A stretch of 64,000 nt of DNA, taken from contig NW_020846810.1 of the NCBI RefSeq assembly GCF_003704095.1, forward strand, positions 310,001 to 374,000, read 5' to 3'. This DNA is from Pocillopora damicornis (taxonomy: Eukaryota). Both the position numbers and the translations under genes were made by a program. Position 1 is the first letter of the stretch. The number at the start of each line of letters is the position of its first letter. Of the stretch, positions 50,888-63,700 are shown in pieces. The notes under the pieces are model-generated. The model did no database searches. It was given only the letters and a program-made list of their open reading frames with translations, and was not told the origin of the DNA.

Positions 50888-53800
50888 ATGATGGAATTCG
50901 AAGAACAAAAGAAAAAGGCAGAGGCAAGTGGAGGCCCTTCTTTGCTTGTTGGTTATGACAAGCTGTTGTACATGTCTGAGTTGCAAGCTGTGCCTGGTGA
51001 TGATGAGTATGGAAATCAAGACCTCGATGCCAAATTTACCAAAATTACTCATCTTAATCCTGAACACATAACAAGACTGAAGAGAGAGGTCATTGAAATA
51101 TTAAGTTCATGTGAGGGAAACTGCTTAAAGCTCTCCCAGTTTAAAAGCAGGTACCGCAAGTGGTTTGGAAAAAAATTCAATGAATGTTATAGGTTGTCAG
51201 GTGGAAGAAAGGAATTCTGCAATCTCATGGCTGAGTTAGATATCATTGAACTTGACCAAAATGGTTCAATACCTCTCATAAAACTTAAAGAACAACATGT
51301 GAGTCAGCATATGAGTTTTAATATAGCTGGATCTGAGCATAGTTGTGCTACTGATGTGGAGACAAGAGAGACCAGGAGACCAAAGTTTGTGAAAAGAAGA
51401 GAGACTGTGGCACCAACGTTCCAGAGCCAAAACACCAGCCTTGATGCCATTGATCTCTCTGAAAAGTTAATAAGATTGAAGAAAGACATTGTGGATATGT
51501 TGAGGTCCTGTGAGAGGAACTGCTTGTATCTCTCCCAGCTTCAGGAAGAGTATGGGAAAACATTTCAAAAAGGGTTTTTTACCACCCACAAAGTGCTGTT
51601 GAAAGGAAAATGTCTCTCACAATTCTTAAGAGAGTTAGACATCCTTGAAATAGAAGATAAAGGTGAAAAAGGTGCCAGGAACTATTTGATGAAGCTGAAA
51701 GAACCACATGCAAGCCAGTTTATGCTGAACATGGGTTTTGACAATGAAGAAAATCCCAGTTCATTGAAGAAAAAAGATCCTGAGAGTGTAGAGAATACGA
51801 AAGGGCTCATGTCCCAAAACATTGGAATTGATTGTGGTTATTTCCCTGAGAAGTTGACAATGTTGAAGAAAGATATTGTAAATTTACTAAAGTCTTGTGA
51901 GGGAAATTGCTTGTATCTCTCAGAACTTCCTGATAAGTATTGGCAAACATTCAGAAGAAAATTCCATGGTACCTTCAGAGTACTGTTCCAAGGAAAAGGT
52001 CTGGTGCAATTCTTATCAGAATTAGATATCATCAAATTAGAACATACCAGTGAAAAAGGTGTGAAGAAATATCAATTAAAGCTGAAAGAACTGCATGCAA
52101 ACCTGTCCATGCAGAGAACAAGTTTGAACACAGCAGAAGAACTTGATTCCTGTTCTAATTTTGGGTATCAGCAGGATGAATTTGATTCCAAAGAACCAAC
52201 CAAATCACTAAGACCAGCCTCTCTAGCAGGTGATTTGGCAGTTGCTGCTGGCCCAATTATTTCCAGAGTACCTACTGTCCCGCCAGCTCCTTTGGATCAA
52301 AATGTTTTGGATTCAAGAGTTCAATCTCCAGCCCCTGCAACTACCTTCCAGGCTTCTCCTCCTTTGGTTTTGTCAACATCTTTAATACAAGGTCCTAGTC
52401 ATGCAGTCAATATACCTGAAGGTATGTGAAAGATATGGAATTTATATTATGAGGAAACAGGGTACATTTCTTAGAATTTCTGACAATATTGATTACGATA
52501 GGTAACTGAGGTTTCTGAGAATAGCAGAAGGTGTGGTCATTTGAAAATAATGAGGGATCTGTATATTAACATTTACTAAGTGGGAGAGAGTGTCTTTTTG
52601 GGAACTAAAACACTCCTATAATCAAAACAACCACAACATCTGGAGACCAAGTGGCATATTTTTCATACATAACACGAGTGGTTATATTGAGTAGGAATGT
52701 CACCATTCCTGCTTTTTCAAACTTTATTGAATGAACTTGGTTTGCTTCTTGTTTGGAATAATGGCTACAAAATTTTTTTTGGAGAGTAACAAAGATGTAA
52801 ATGGATTTTCTGAACAACAAGAGAGCAGAAACACCAAAAAGAAAATGCTGTATGATCTCAAGATTTTCAAATAATTTCTTGAAAGTTGCAACAAAACAAG
52901 AGAAATAGATTGGAAAGGTTAATTTTTTTTTCTATGTGTGCTAAACAACATTCAAAGGTTCAAAGTGAAAAGAGGCTGAAAATGAATGGTATCTGATGAT
53001 TCAAGTCAGAGTCAGTAAATAAAATTTTTTTCAACTGCAGAAAAGTTATAAAAACAGTTCACACGTATTTTGGCCTAACTGATGGTGTTATACATGTATG
53101 TTAACCTTTTTTACAATTTGGGCATTGGCAGGGTATTTTGTCCCTATTCAAACCCGGTATTTGTGTTAAAGCCAGATAATTCATCTCTATCATTGTCCTT
53201 AAAATAAAAGGAAAATACATGTTAGTTCTTGTGACATGAAGAATATCTCATGAATGAGGTAATTGAATGAGTGGGATATTGCTCTTGGAATCTGAACATA
53301 AATCCACCATGTAAAATCATCAATTTCTAGCATATTGGTCAAAATTACTATAATTACTATTGTTCTTTCAACTTGAACATGAAAGTCATATATCTTCTCG
53401 CCAGTGTGTAATATCCTTTAACTATTACATAGAGGGCAAAATTACTGAATGCTGATTGGCTGAAACAGAGGGCTTTTTTTTGAAAAAAAAAAGGTCGAAA
53501 AGAACCTCACTCAGAAATATTGTATCATGCTTACCCACAACAGTTTCTGCAATCATCACCCAAATATTTTATGTAATAATCATGTAATTTATTGTAGTTG
53601 TATTCTTTCATCAAGGGTCTGGTCTAACAACAACCGCCAATACAGCTCCTGCAAAGGCTGAACCCTTCAACGCTGAGCAAGTGGATCAGGAAGTGAAAAG
53701 CAAACATATGCTACTTACCGGAAGTACTCCTCAAGCGATACCAGTCGTTCCCAGTTTAATGGAAAACAAAAGTTTTCACGCACAGTTGGATCAAAATTGT

Positions 53801-56800
53801 CCACGAATCCAAGGCATTTGTTTTGATGCCGATGAGGACTCAGAAACTTTAACAAATCTGAAGCGAGATGTTATCGAAATTTTACGTTCTTGTGAGGGAA
53901 ATTGCCTGTATCTCGACAAATTCAAGTTAACATACGAGAATCGGTTTGGGAAGAGATTCCTTAACTGCTATCCATGGTTAAAAGGAAAAAAAAAAGTCTT
54001 TCGTAATCTTATGGCAGGGTTAGATATCATTGACCTTGAACAATTAACATCGGCTACGAAAGGTCCTAAAAAGTTTATGATGAGGCTGAAAGAACCACAT
54101 GCAAGCCAGTTCATGATGAGAATGAGGTTAAAAACCTCAAGTGAAGTTGGTCCTAGCTTTTATGAAGCTGGTCATCAACTGGAAATGTTTGATTCCAAAG
54201 TTCCGTCAAAGTCGTATACACCTCTCACTGGGGGGAAAAACTCAGCAGCTGCCGTAAGTCCAGATGTTGCACGTGTCCCACTTGTCCCATCTCATTTGGA
54301 TTTCAGCGACAAATCACCATCATTGCCGCTACTAAATACCGAAGCCAGCACAGACGGAAAGGTAGACCCACTATCTGTCCCTGTTGGAATAAACCCGGAG
54401 GCTAGCCAACGAGAAGGAGAGAAACAAGGNNNNNNNNNNNNNNNNNNNNNNNNNNNNNNNNNNNNNNNNNNNNNNNNNNNNNNNNNNNNNNNNNNNNNNN
54501 NNNNNNNNNNNNNNNNNNNNNNNNNNNNNGTCCCTGTTGGAATAAACCCGGAGGCTAGCCAACGAGAAGGAGAGAAACAAGGTTTTGCTACCGGTGTTAC
54601 TAATCCGATGACTGTCCCTCTTCCCTCTTCAGGTAAGAATGTTGGAAGATTTAAAAGTGAAATTATTTTAAACTGTGTTTCCATTGAGTTCGTGAAACGT
54701 AAACAAATCAATCATTACTGCCATTACTACTCAAAGTAAATGCATGAAACTGGCTTTAGGCGTGGGAAAATGCACTTGGTAAGGGTGTAATACAAAGGTG
54801 AGGTAAAGGTGTGATCTTGCATTTAAGTGACCATAGCGTTTGTTGAACCAAAGTCAGAGCGTAGTGAGCAAAGCTGTTGTACTCCCGAATTACTTTGAAA
54901 CTTTAACATTTGAACTTTTATGTACTATAGCTCAAGAAGTCGTCAAAAGTCGCACAGTTGCCTGACGAAAGGTTCATCTCAGACTGATGTAACCTCGTTC
55001 CATTAATTTTGCTTTTATTTTTTCAGAGGGGGCGAGTTTCTAAAGAAACTGTGATGCTGCGTGTGTGGGAGAGTATAACAGGGTAATTTAGTGTTATCAA
55101 CTGAGTTGAAAACGTTAATTAGCCGCTGTAAAGAGTTTAAAGACTAATGTTTAGAGCGTTGGCCCTTCGTCTATCGCTCTGACGAAGGGCTAACGCTCGA
55201 AAAGTCAGGCTTTAAACTCTTTTTCGGTGGCCAACTTACGTTTTCAACTCAGTTGATAACACTTAAGTACCCTTGTATTTTTTCAAGAAACCTTCAACAG
55301 TAACCAATATTTACAAGCTAGTAACACCATATGATTAAGAAAATTGGCAAGTGCTTTTAGCTGATGCAAAAGATATTTTGCTTATTTCTTCCTAAGGCAA
55401 AGAACCTGAACTGAAAATACCAACAGATGTAAAGGTTAAACCAGAACTACTTCCTTCTGAAAAAACACGAATTCGAGAAGTTGGTACGCCGGATCCTTTT
55501 GAGAATTCAATCTGTAAGGCCCATCACGTGATGAATACCATAACGGGCGGCGCAAAATCAGCTGTAAGGAATGCTTCTTCACATGAAGTTAACAAGGCCG
55601 CGGAAGAGATCATCACCTCTTTGTCGGAGGAAGGTCGCTTTGTTGGCCTCGAAGAAGTAAAAGCCAGGCTCTGTAAAGATTTTGGAAAATCAAGTCTTAT
55701 TAAAATGGGGTTCAAAACAGACAAGGATATCCCCGCTCTGAAGAACTTGATTGAAATGCAGGCCAAAGTGAGTTCATGTAGATCTGATTACCAAGTTTGT
55801 AAAACGAAGTGCGATAATTGCGGAGCAGTGAAAAAATCAAGGGGAGGTTTGGGTCGAGACTTATGAAAAATGGGTTGTGTCCGAGAAAAAATAAGTTTGA
55901 CCGGTCAACTTGACAAGTGCCAACCGCGATATTATTTCGAGCCTTGTGTATTAAGCCGTGGGTGGCCGCTTTATATAGGTTTGACTGTATTTTTTAATTA
56001 ATTTTTTCCTCTCCTCTTTTGTTTTTATTATATCAGATAATAGGTAAATGTTGAGCAACTCTGTACAAACGTTACCAACAAATCATCATCTTTGTTATTA
56101 TTATTATTCATCTATTCCATGGTTTTCGTGCGTTCTACAGGTTAACTTATTCGTCCATGCTTACGTCACATTCAACAGTATAGCAACCTTGTACGAATTA
56201 AACCAAAGCCTTGCCGCCTTGGGTTCCAAATCAGACTTCGAAGAGCTCCGACTGGGCCCTCTAATAAAACAACCCGTGGTGTATAACATGTTTAAAGCAC
56301 CCCAGAGTCTTACCGCTGTACCTCAAGTGACGACAGTTCAAATTATCAAGCACTTGAACAAGTACATGTCAAAGATGAAAGGAACGCTATATTTAGAGAA
56401 ATTCCTGGAGTATCTTTGTGAGCAGTATCATTGTTACACTCCTTACGAGCTGGGAGTCAGAATACAAAGCCTTGGACTGGCTGTTGCGGTAATGTTATTT
56501 CAAAGAGCACATTTCGAAACTATGAACACATGAATGCAGTATACTGTAGTGAGTGAGTGACTGAAATGTTGGTTCTCATCTTTACGTATGGTTGATTTTT
56601 CTTTGTTTAATTCGTTAGATGCTTAAAAAAGTGAAACATTCCAAGACCAAGAGGTGGGGAGCTATCAGAGAAGAAATGTCGATCGAGATGGAGGAAGAAA
56701 TTCAAAGATGCTTGCGTAAATTCAAGAGAGACCTTCTCGGGCAAGAACTTGGTGATTTAAGGAGCTGTGTTATGAAATTTTTTGACAAATCTCCGACGGA

Positions 56801-57662
56801 TGTACTGAAGGCAGTATTCGAGTGTTGCTTGGAAATGTTTGACGAAAATTGTCAGGGAAAGGTAACGACCTTTCTGACCATGCTTACCAAGCACAAACTT
56901 GGGAGGCAATTGTTTCAGCTGGCGCTGTGTGCTAGTTGTAAGCCCTTACTGGGAGAGGCTATGGAAGAACTGGTTAACATTAAGATCAACACAGAAGTTG
57001 CCAACCGTAAAGCAAATCACGAGAAAACGAGGACAAGGCCTGTCCCACCCAGTGAAGGTTAATTAATTAATTTTTTCTCCATTTCATTTCTTTTTTTTGT
57101 TTTGTTTATTTTGTTTCGCTGTTAATGACGATTATCATTTAATATTAATATCATTGCGTTATTATTGGGATCATTATGCTGTTTCATAGTATAATTATGA
57201 TGGGAGACAAACTTTGTTCGTTTGCTTCACGATAGATTCACTTTTGATGCTAATCGCGATGTTTCGACTGCAATACTGCTAGTCTTCATCAGGCGATAAG
57301 GTCGATTGTTTACGTGTCGCAATTTGTAGCACGTTGGTACGCTGCTATTGGTGCATTTCAATCCTCATTATTATTCCGGTTGTTAGATGGTGTTCCCTCA
57401 TAGGTCCTTATAAGTCGGTTGTATGGTTTGATCGTCGGTTTCCAAGCTTCGGGAGGTTCGATTTTGCTATTCCTGTTGATTTTGAAAAACGAAGTTATCT
57501 TTGTTGATGTAATGACCTTCAATGAACTATAGTAGCAAAGGGTTTCATATCTGGAAATTTTGCTCTTCAGATTCATCGCTTACAATCCATGTCAATCGCT
57601 TAAATTTTGTTCTTCCATCCCTTGTGGTTAACTAACCACGGGAGACTTCCTTCGCTTAAAAA

Positions 57663-57702
<40 letters not shown>

Positions 57703-60700
57703 TTATGAGAGGAAAAAAGGACGCAACTACATTTTCAAATAATTTCTTTCGTTTTTTGCTCGTTTTTGTTTGTACGTATCTGTGAAATAGGCGCCGTTGT
57801 CTGTGAAGTGCAGGAGTGGATTAAGTGTGCCGAACGTGTTGACCTAACGACGCTGGCAAGAATTGAGGCGAATGTCGTGAACAAATTCCCAGGATTTACC
57901 GGCTTTGAAGAATTTGGTTATGGCTCTTTTCTGAAGTTTTTAACAAAACACAAGAAACTAAAGAAAGCCACAGAAGAGGTTGGCGGAATGGCCCAGTCTA
58001 GAAGAGAAGGAGCAAGGATTGGTTGTCAAGTGCCGCTTAATAGTGTCTTGGATTTTATATATCAATGTGGGACTCAAACCTCTACCGTAAGTTTTGCTTC
58101 CTAATGATACTAATAAGGTGCATGAATGAGGTGCTACGCATAAAACGTCTGCTTTCAGTGTGGGTGCACCACAGTCACAATTCCTTTCCAGAGTATTTAA
58201 CTCAGAAAAAATAAGTAGTCTTAGGTAGTCCCGGTATGATCAGTCATTCTTTCCCAACGGATAAATTTACCTTCTACGTAAAGGAAACCAAAGAATGGTA
58301 GTTCAGTAAGATAGATTTAAAAACGTGACAAAGAGACGAGCAAGAGCCACGGATGGCTAGATGGCCGAGGATGAAGCAGATTACCAGTTTGCAATAATCA
58401 CAATGTAACCTTAAAATGCTCAGGATCCGATACCAAAGCGAAAACTCGCTGGGGTCGCTACAAAACGTAATTCTTTACGTGGGCCTATACTGTTTTATTG
58501 CGAATAATCCAGTCAAAAGTTGTTGTTACTTTTTATTTGTAGGAGTGTATTGAACGTGAATTGTGCGGTTACTACAATGTTAACAAAGTGACGGATCTCG
58601 GATTTGGTTCTTTTTCGTGCCTACTGAAAAAAGCTGCGGAGCCAAGAGTGAAAACTCTAACGACAGTTTACGAAGTCGCTCTCCTGTGTCACGGCGCTGG
58701 CGCTTTCCACGAAGATAGCGCCAGCTTTAGTACTCGCAGTGCTCTAGGCTATAAGAGCAAACAGGAAGCTTTAGATGCCATACAAAGCACTCCGCTCCTC
58801 GAGGATGTTTCCCTCTGGACTCACTGGGATGATGTATTCGGCGGCGAAGTGTCTAAACTTGGCGACTTGAAGTCATTTTTGGAAAATGAAGGAATTTTAT
58901 GTAGTGCTGAAAAGTCATTGTCAGAGGGCCACAATTCCTTAGTCGTCATGGAAACTAATCCTGGTGTACTCCTTAGAGTAACTACCCACACGTCCACAGA
59001 AATATTCAGGAAATGTTTATTGTGTGGGGATGTGATTGGAGCAGCTGGCCATTTGGTTTCCATAGTTATAGTGAATGGTGGTGTGGCTAACACTCCTGTC
59101 GCTCTTTTAGCCAATTACGTGTATTCCTCTTTGGCATCGATGGGTACTGACGATGAGGGGGACTGTGATCAACGTCCAACCTTTGTTCTTGAATGTCTGA
59201 ATCGTATGCCTCTCAGATTGGCTCAGGCAATTGGGAAAAAGGTTTGTAGCTCACTGGCCAAAGGCCTGAAACAATGACACCTTCTCCCCTTTCTGCCCTG
59301 CCCCTCCTTCCCTTCTTTTCCTGGGCATATCAAAGTTATTCGAGTCGGTAGCAAAATCGGATTTTGTAAGCCTTTCTTTTAAAGAGGAGAGGGGTCTTAG
59401 TGGTAGGGAAACGGAGCGAAACAATAGCTTTAACGGTCCAGAAACCCATTCTTGAAAGCCTCGGTAGTTACCTGTCCCGAAAATTTATTTATGTTCTTTT
59501 GTTGCTCGTTCGTTAAGTTTATCCTGTTTTTTGTGTGCTGTGTTTCAATTCGAGACCAAGACAGGAATAGTTTATGAATTAAAGTATTAGACAAGACCTT
59601 CATTACTATTTCTTAGATTTAGTTTTTTGAAATATGGTTTTGGGCCCTATAGTTACCGGAACTTTTAAGTAACACGCCTCCGGAAACGATGCGGAGACAT
59701 GTTTTTATACTTCAAGTAAAGCTGCAGCTCCTAACGCTATTTAAAACTCCTTTGTGAATCTTGATAAGCTCGTTCTAAGCACGTACGCGTATTACTTTGG
59801 CAATTGATTGATACTATATACGCATTTCATGCTTGTACTTGCATTTCTCAGGTTTTTCTTGAGCCTTTCAAAAAGTTGGTTGGTTCAACAAGAGCGGCGT
59901 CGCTGCTGCTTTCAAGCTGTTCAACTCAGTCGCAACGTAACCGTCTTCACCAGCTGGGATTTGCCTTTAGCATAAGTCAGTGGATAGAGGACTTCCAGGA
60001 AAGAGTTTCTCATGACAAAGGGGACAGCGAGGGTGTCCTCTTTAATGAGCACTACAATGACGAAAGCAAGAGATTGATCACAGCTGTTAGGCCCGTGGCA
60101 TCTTCTATCTCATTGGTGTCGCAACAAGCGGAAGTGTGTACAGTACCACTATGTTTTACGTTTAGATATTTATAGAAAGTTATCAAAATTGTAGCCTTAA
60201 ATGCATTTTGAGCGTTTCATTTTGTCGTAAAAGTGTGTCATGGTATACAGAGGAACTGTTTCATAGTAAAGACAATCGAAATCACCCCGCTTTCCTACTT
60301 GTTTTTTTTTTAGACCGCTGCTAACCTTAAAACAATCTTCCCACAAGCATGCAGTTTTGATGAAAAGGATGGGGACGAAGGTATTTATAACTGTCTACTT
60401 TTATTTGGTTATATTTCCTTCCTTCTTCCTTCCTAAATCTACTCCCAGCTTTTTATGCTGCCCCTCCCGTTCTCCTGTCACTTCCTTTGTTTTCATCTCC
60501 TATGTTTTCAATGTACTTTCCCCCTCTCATCTACAGTCTATAAGGTATGTTTACCACGCCTTCTAGTCATATGATTACTTTGGAAGTGGCCATCGGACTG
60601 TTATCTGATCATTATCGAATTTATTTATGAGTTACTTATAATTTTTTGGTGTAAGTTTTTCATGAAAGCGTGATCCCTGATCGTGATTATAGTCTTTTTT

Positions 60701-63700
60701 CGATAATCCCAGCAGCAACTTCAGACACTAAGGGTGGATTGTCAGCATTACCATCAGGACCATGCACACCTAACAGGGAATGCAGGGCAATAATTGAACA
60801 AATTCGCCGTGAGGATTTTGGAATCGGTTTGGAGCTTGGAAAAGAGGAAGCCAAACTTGTTCAGCGACACCGCGAGAGAGAGGGTCGTGGCTTACACCGT
60901 CTTTCCTCCGATCTTTATACCAGGGACACCCACTTTTTGTTGGAGCTCGTTCAGAATGCAGACGATAATTCCTATCCTGAAGTGTGCTGTGGCCCAGGAT
61001 TCCCGACCCTTGTATTCGTCCTCGAGCGGGACAGGATCGTGATATTGAACAACGAAGTTGGATTTGTTGAGAAGAATATACGCGCGTTGTGTGATGTTGG
61101 CAGAAGTACCAAAGGGGCGGATCGCTATGGATACATCGGTTAGTGCAGTATTTACGTATTTGTTGCATGGTAAATATCTTTCTGACTTTCCTATTTGGGC
61201 AAGAAGCCCTGAAAGAGCTTATATCCAATGGTCGCCTGCTTTGCGCTTTTCTCTCGTTGCATTTGTAGTCGAACATGTTCTCGATATGGCTTTGTTTCAG
61301 GACAAAAAGGCATCGGGTTCAAGTCTGTATTCCGAGTTAGTGATAGCCCTGAAGTTCACTCCAATGGATATCATATTCGCTTTGACGCCAAAAGTGGTCC
61401 TATTGGTCATATTCTCCCTGAGTGGATTGGAGACAATTTTTCAGTGAAACCAAATGGTGAGCATATCAAAGAAGGAACGAAAGTCATGGAAAAGATGGAT
61501 AAAGATGGTGAATTGAGCAACATTGGCGAAAGCATGAACAGGTGAATTCATGTGCTGGGAGATGAATTTGTTTGTGAATTATATGAAATTGTGAGCTTAT
61601 TTTATCTGCCAAAAAAGCTAGTATGTAGCACCACACCATAAATAGATGCGTTGGAGCTTGTTAATCGGTCGTGGCTTGTTTTCTCTCCTTATATCCTCTG
61701 CTGTTAAAGTTTATTAATATTATTTATAATTGATTTTTTACTTGAGCGTCATGCGCGTGATTCTTTTCTTTTTGGTAGCTGGCCAACCTGTATCATTCTT
61801 CCATTAAAAGATGAACATAAAGGGAACAAAAAGTCTTCACTCGCTGCCGGATTTCACGATGTTCACCCATCTTTATTGCTGTTCTTACATCGTTTGAAGG
61901 GAATCTTTATATACGACGAGGTGGGAGATGAATTTGTTTGTGAATTATATGAAATTGTGAGCTTATTTTATCTGCCAAAAAAGCTAGTAGGTAGCACCAA
62001 TTTAATAAATCTTTCTTCCTTCTCCATGGGGTAATACAGTCTGAAGTAAAGAATTGAAATACTCGGACAAAAGTGACAGTAAGGCGACAGCCGACCTCTG
62101 ACTACAAGGGAAAAGCTGTGACCAGTGCAAGAACGCCCGTGGAAGTGTTTCTGTTAAGGGTATTCGCCTCCTCTGGTCATTCCTGATTGGTTAAAGTGTC
62201 ACATGCGAGGGACGTCGTTGCTCATACTGTCAACTCTACTTCACTTTATTTTCCTTTGAGAAGATACTTTATTGAGGACACACTCGATTGATTTCCTCAG
62301 CATATTCTATTTTTTTTTTATGGGATAATTTTGAAAGCATGAGGGCCGGTTATTTAAACAAAATTTAGCCGTTGTTTAACAAAACCACGTCCTAAACTAT
62401 CCTCAATTTAGCTACATTTTTTATTTGAACAGTGATTGAAAAGTCTCAAGAGGGCGGAAAGCTAACATTGGAAGGAAATTTAGTTAATTATATCAACGAA
62501 AGCCTGAGGTCCACTGATTGCGTAAAATCGCGGTTTGGGTTAGACCTCGTTTAAATAACCGGCCCTGAAAGTTTCCGCCGTGCGACGTTCCCCTTAATGC
62601 GACAACCTTGACATAACAAACGAGTTTAATACTTTAGCCGTTCCCTCACTTATTCTTCAATCCGATCACTTCGTTCTTTGGACCAAAAACTATTTGTGGA
62701 CGATTAAGCATCTGAATTTCCCTTCTATATTACTTTTGTGAAAAGGTATGATGTTCCAGAAGCTTACGTAAGCTTGCCAATCGCATTTCTTTAGGTAAAC
62801 AAGAGTTTTGTTAAAATGCTAAGAAGAGACCTAGGAGATAATGTCATGGAGGTTCTCCACAACACAGGCACAGAGCGCTGGCTTGTAGTCAAGAAACAGC
62901 TTGAGGCTGCTAGAGTAAGAAACACGCATTTAGCATAGGGTAATTTGGTAGTATCAACTGAGTTGATAACGTAAATTAACGAGTTACACTCTTCCACCGA
63001 CGCAGAACTACAGTTTCTTTAGAAACTTACCCCCCTTTATGCATTTAGCATACCTTGTTGCTTGTCTTTGCGGGCAAGAACGGGTCAGAGGTATCATTCA
63101 TATTTATTCGAAGAGGGGATGGGGAAAATGATGGAACATTGTCTTTGTTAGAAGCCAGGTTGTTTGGGTTATTTTCCCTCCCTTCCTTAGAGTAGTGATG
63201 CCAGGAAATTCACCCACCATCAATACTTTAATTGTTTCGTGTGGAGTGTAGCTGAGGCCTAGTTCAAACGTCGATCTTTACATGTACCGAACCTAATTGC
63301 AATTTGGGTCGACTCGAATAATTAAGAGCAGCAGTTGATTCAAACGTCGATCCGAATTTAGTCGATCCTAATTGCAAAACTGAACATAACTCCATTGTAG
63401 TCAGCGGTTAATGCCTACCAATGGGTATACAGGTATATTTTGTGGATTTAAAACAAGAGGAGCACGAGCCTTCCTCCTTTCCCGCCATATTGTTTGAATG
63501 GTTCGAAGGCTTTCGCGCATGGCACGTAAGCGAACTTTCTTGAATTGTGGGTAAAACATAATTATTTTAACGTATGTATAATGTATGCATTAAGTTCGGT
63601 ACATGTAAAGTACGACGTATGAATCAATGTCGATCTTTTACCGTTCTATCCGACTAGCCGAGTCGGAGAGAACGGCACTGTCGATCCGAATACAAATCTG

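Noticed and set aside
52993-53082. Possible intronic C/D-box snoRNA (TGATGA...CTGA)
   Set aside because: No terminal stem or recognisable rRNA guide; such motifs are expected by chance.
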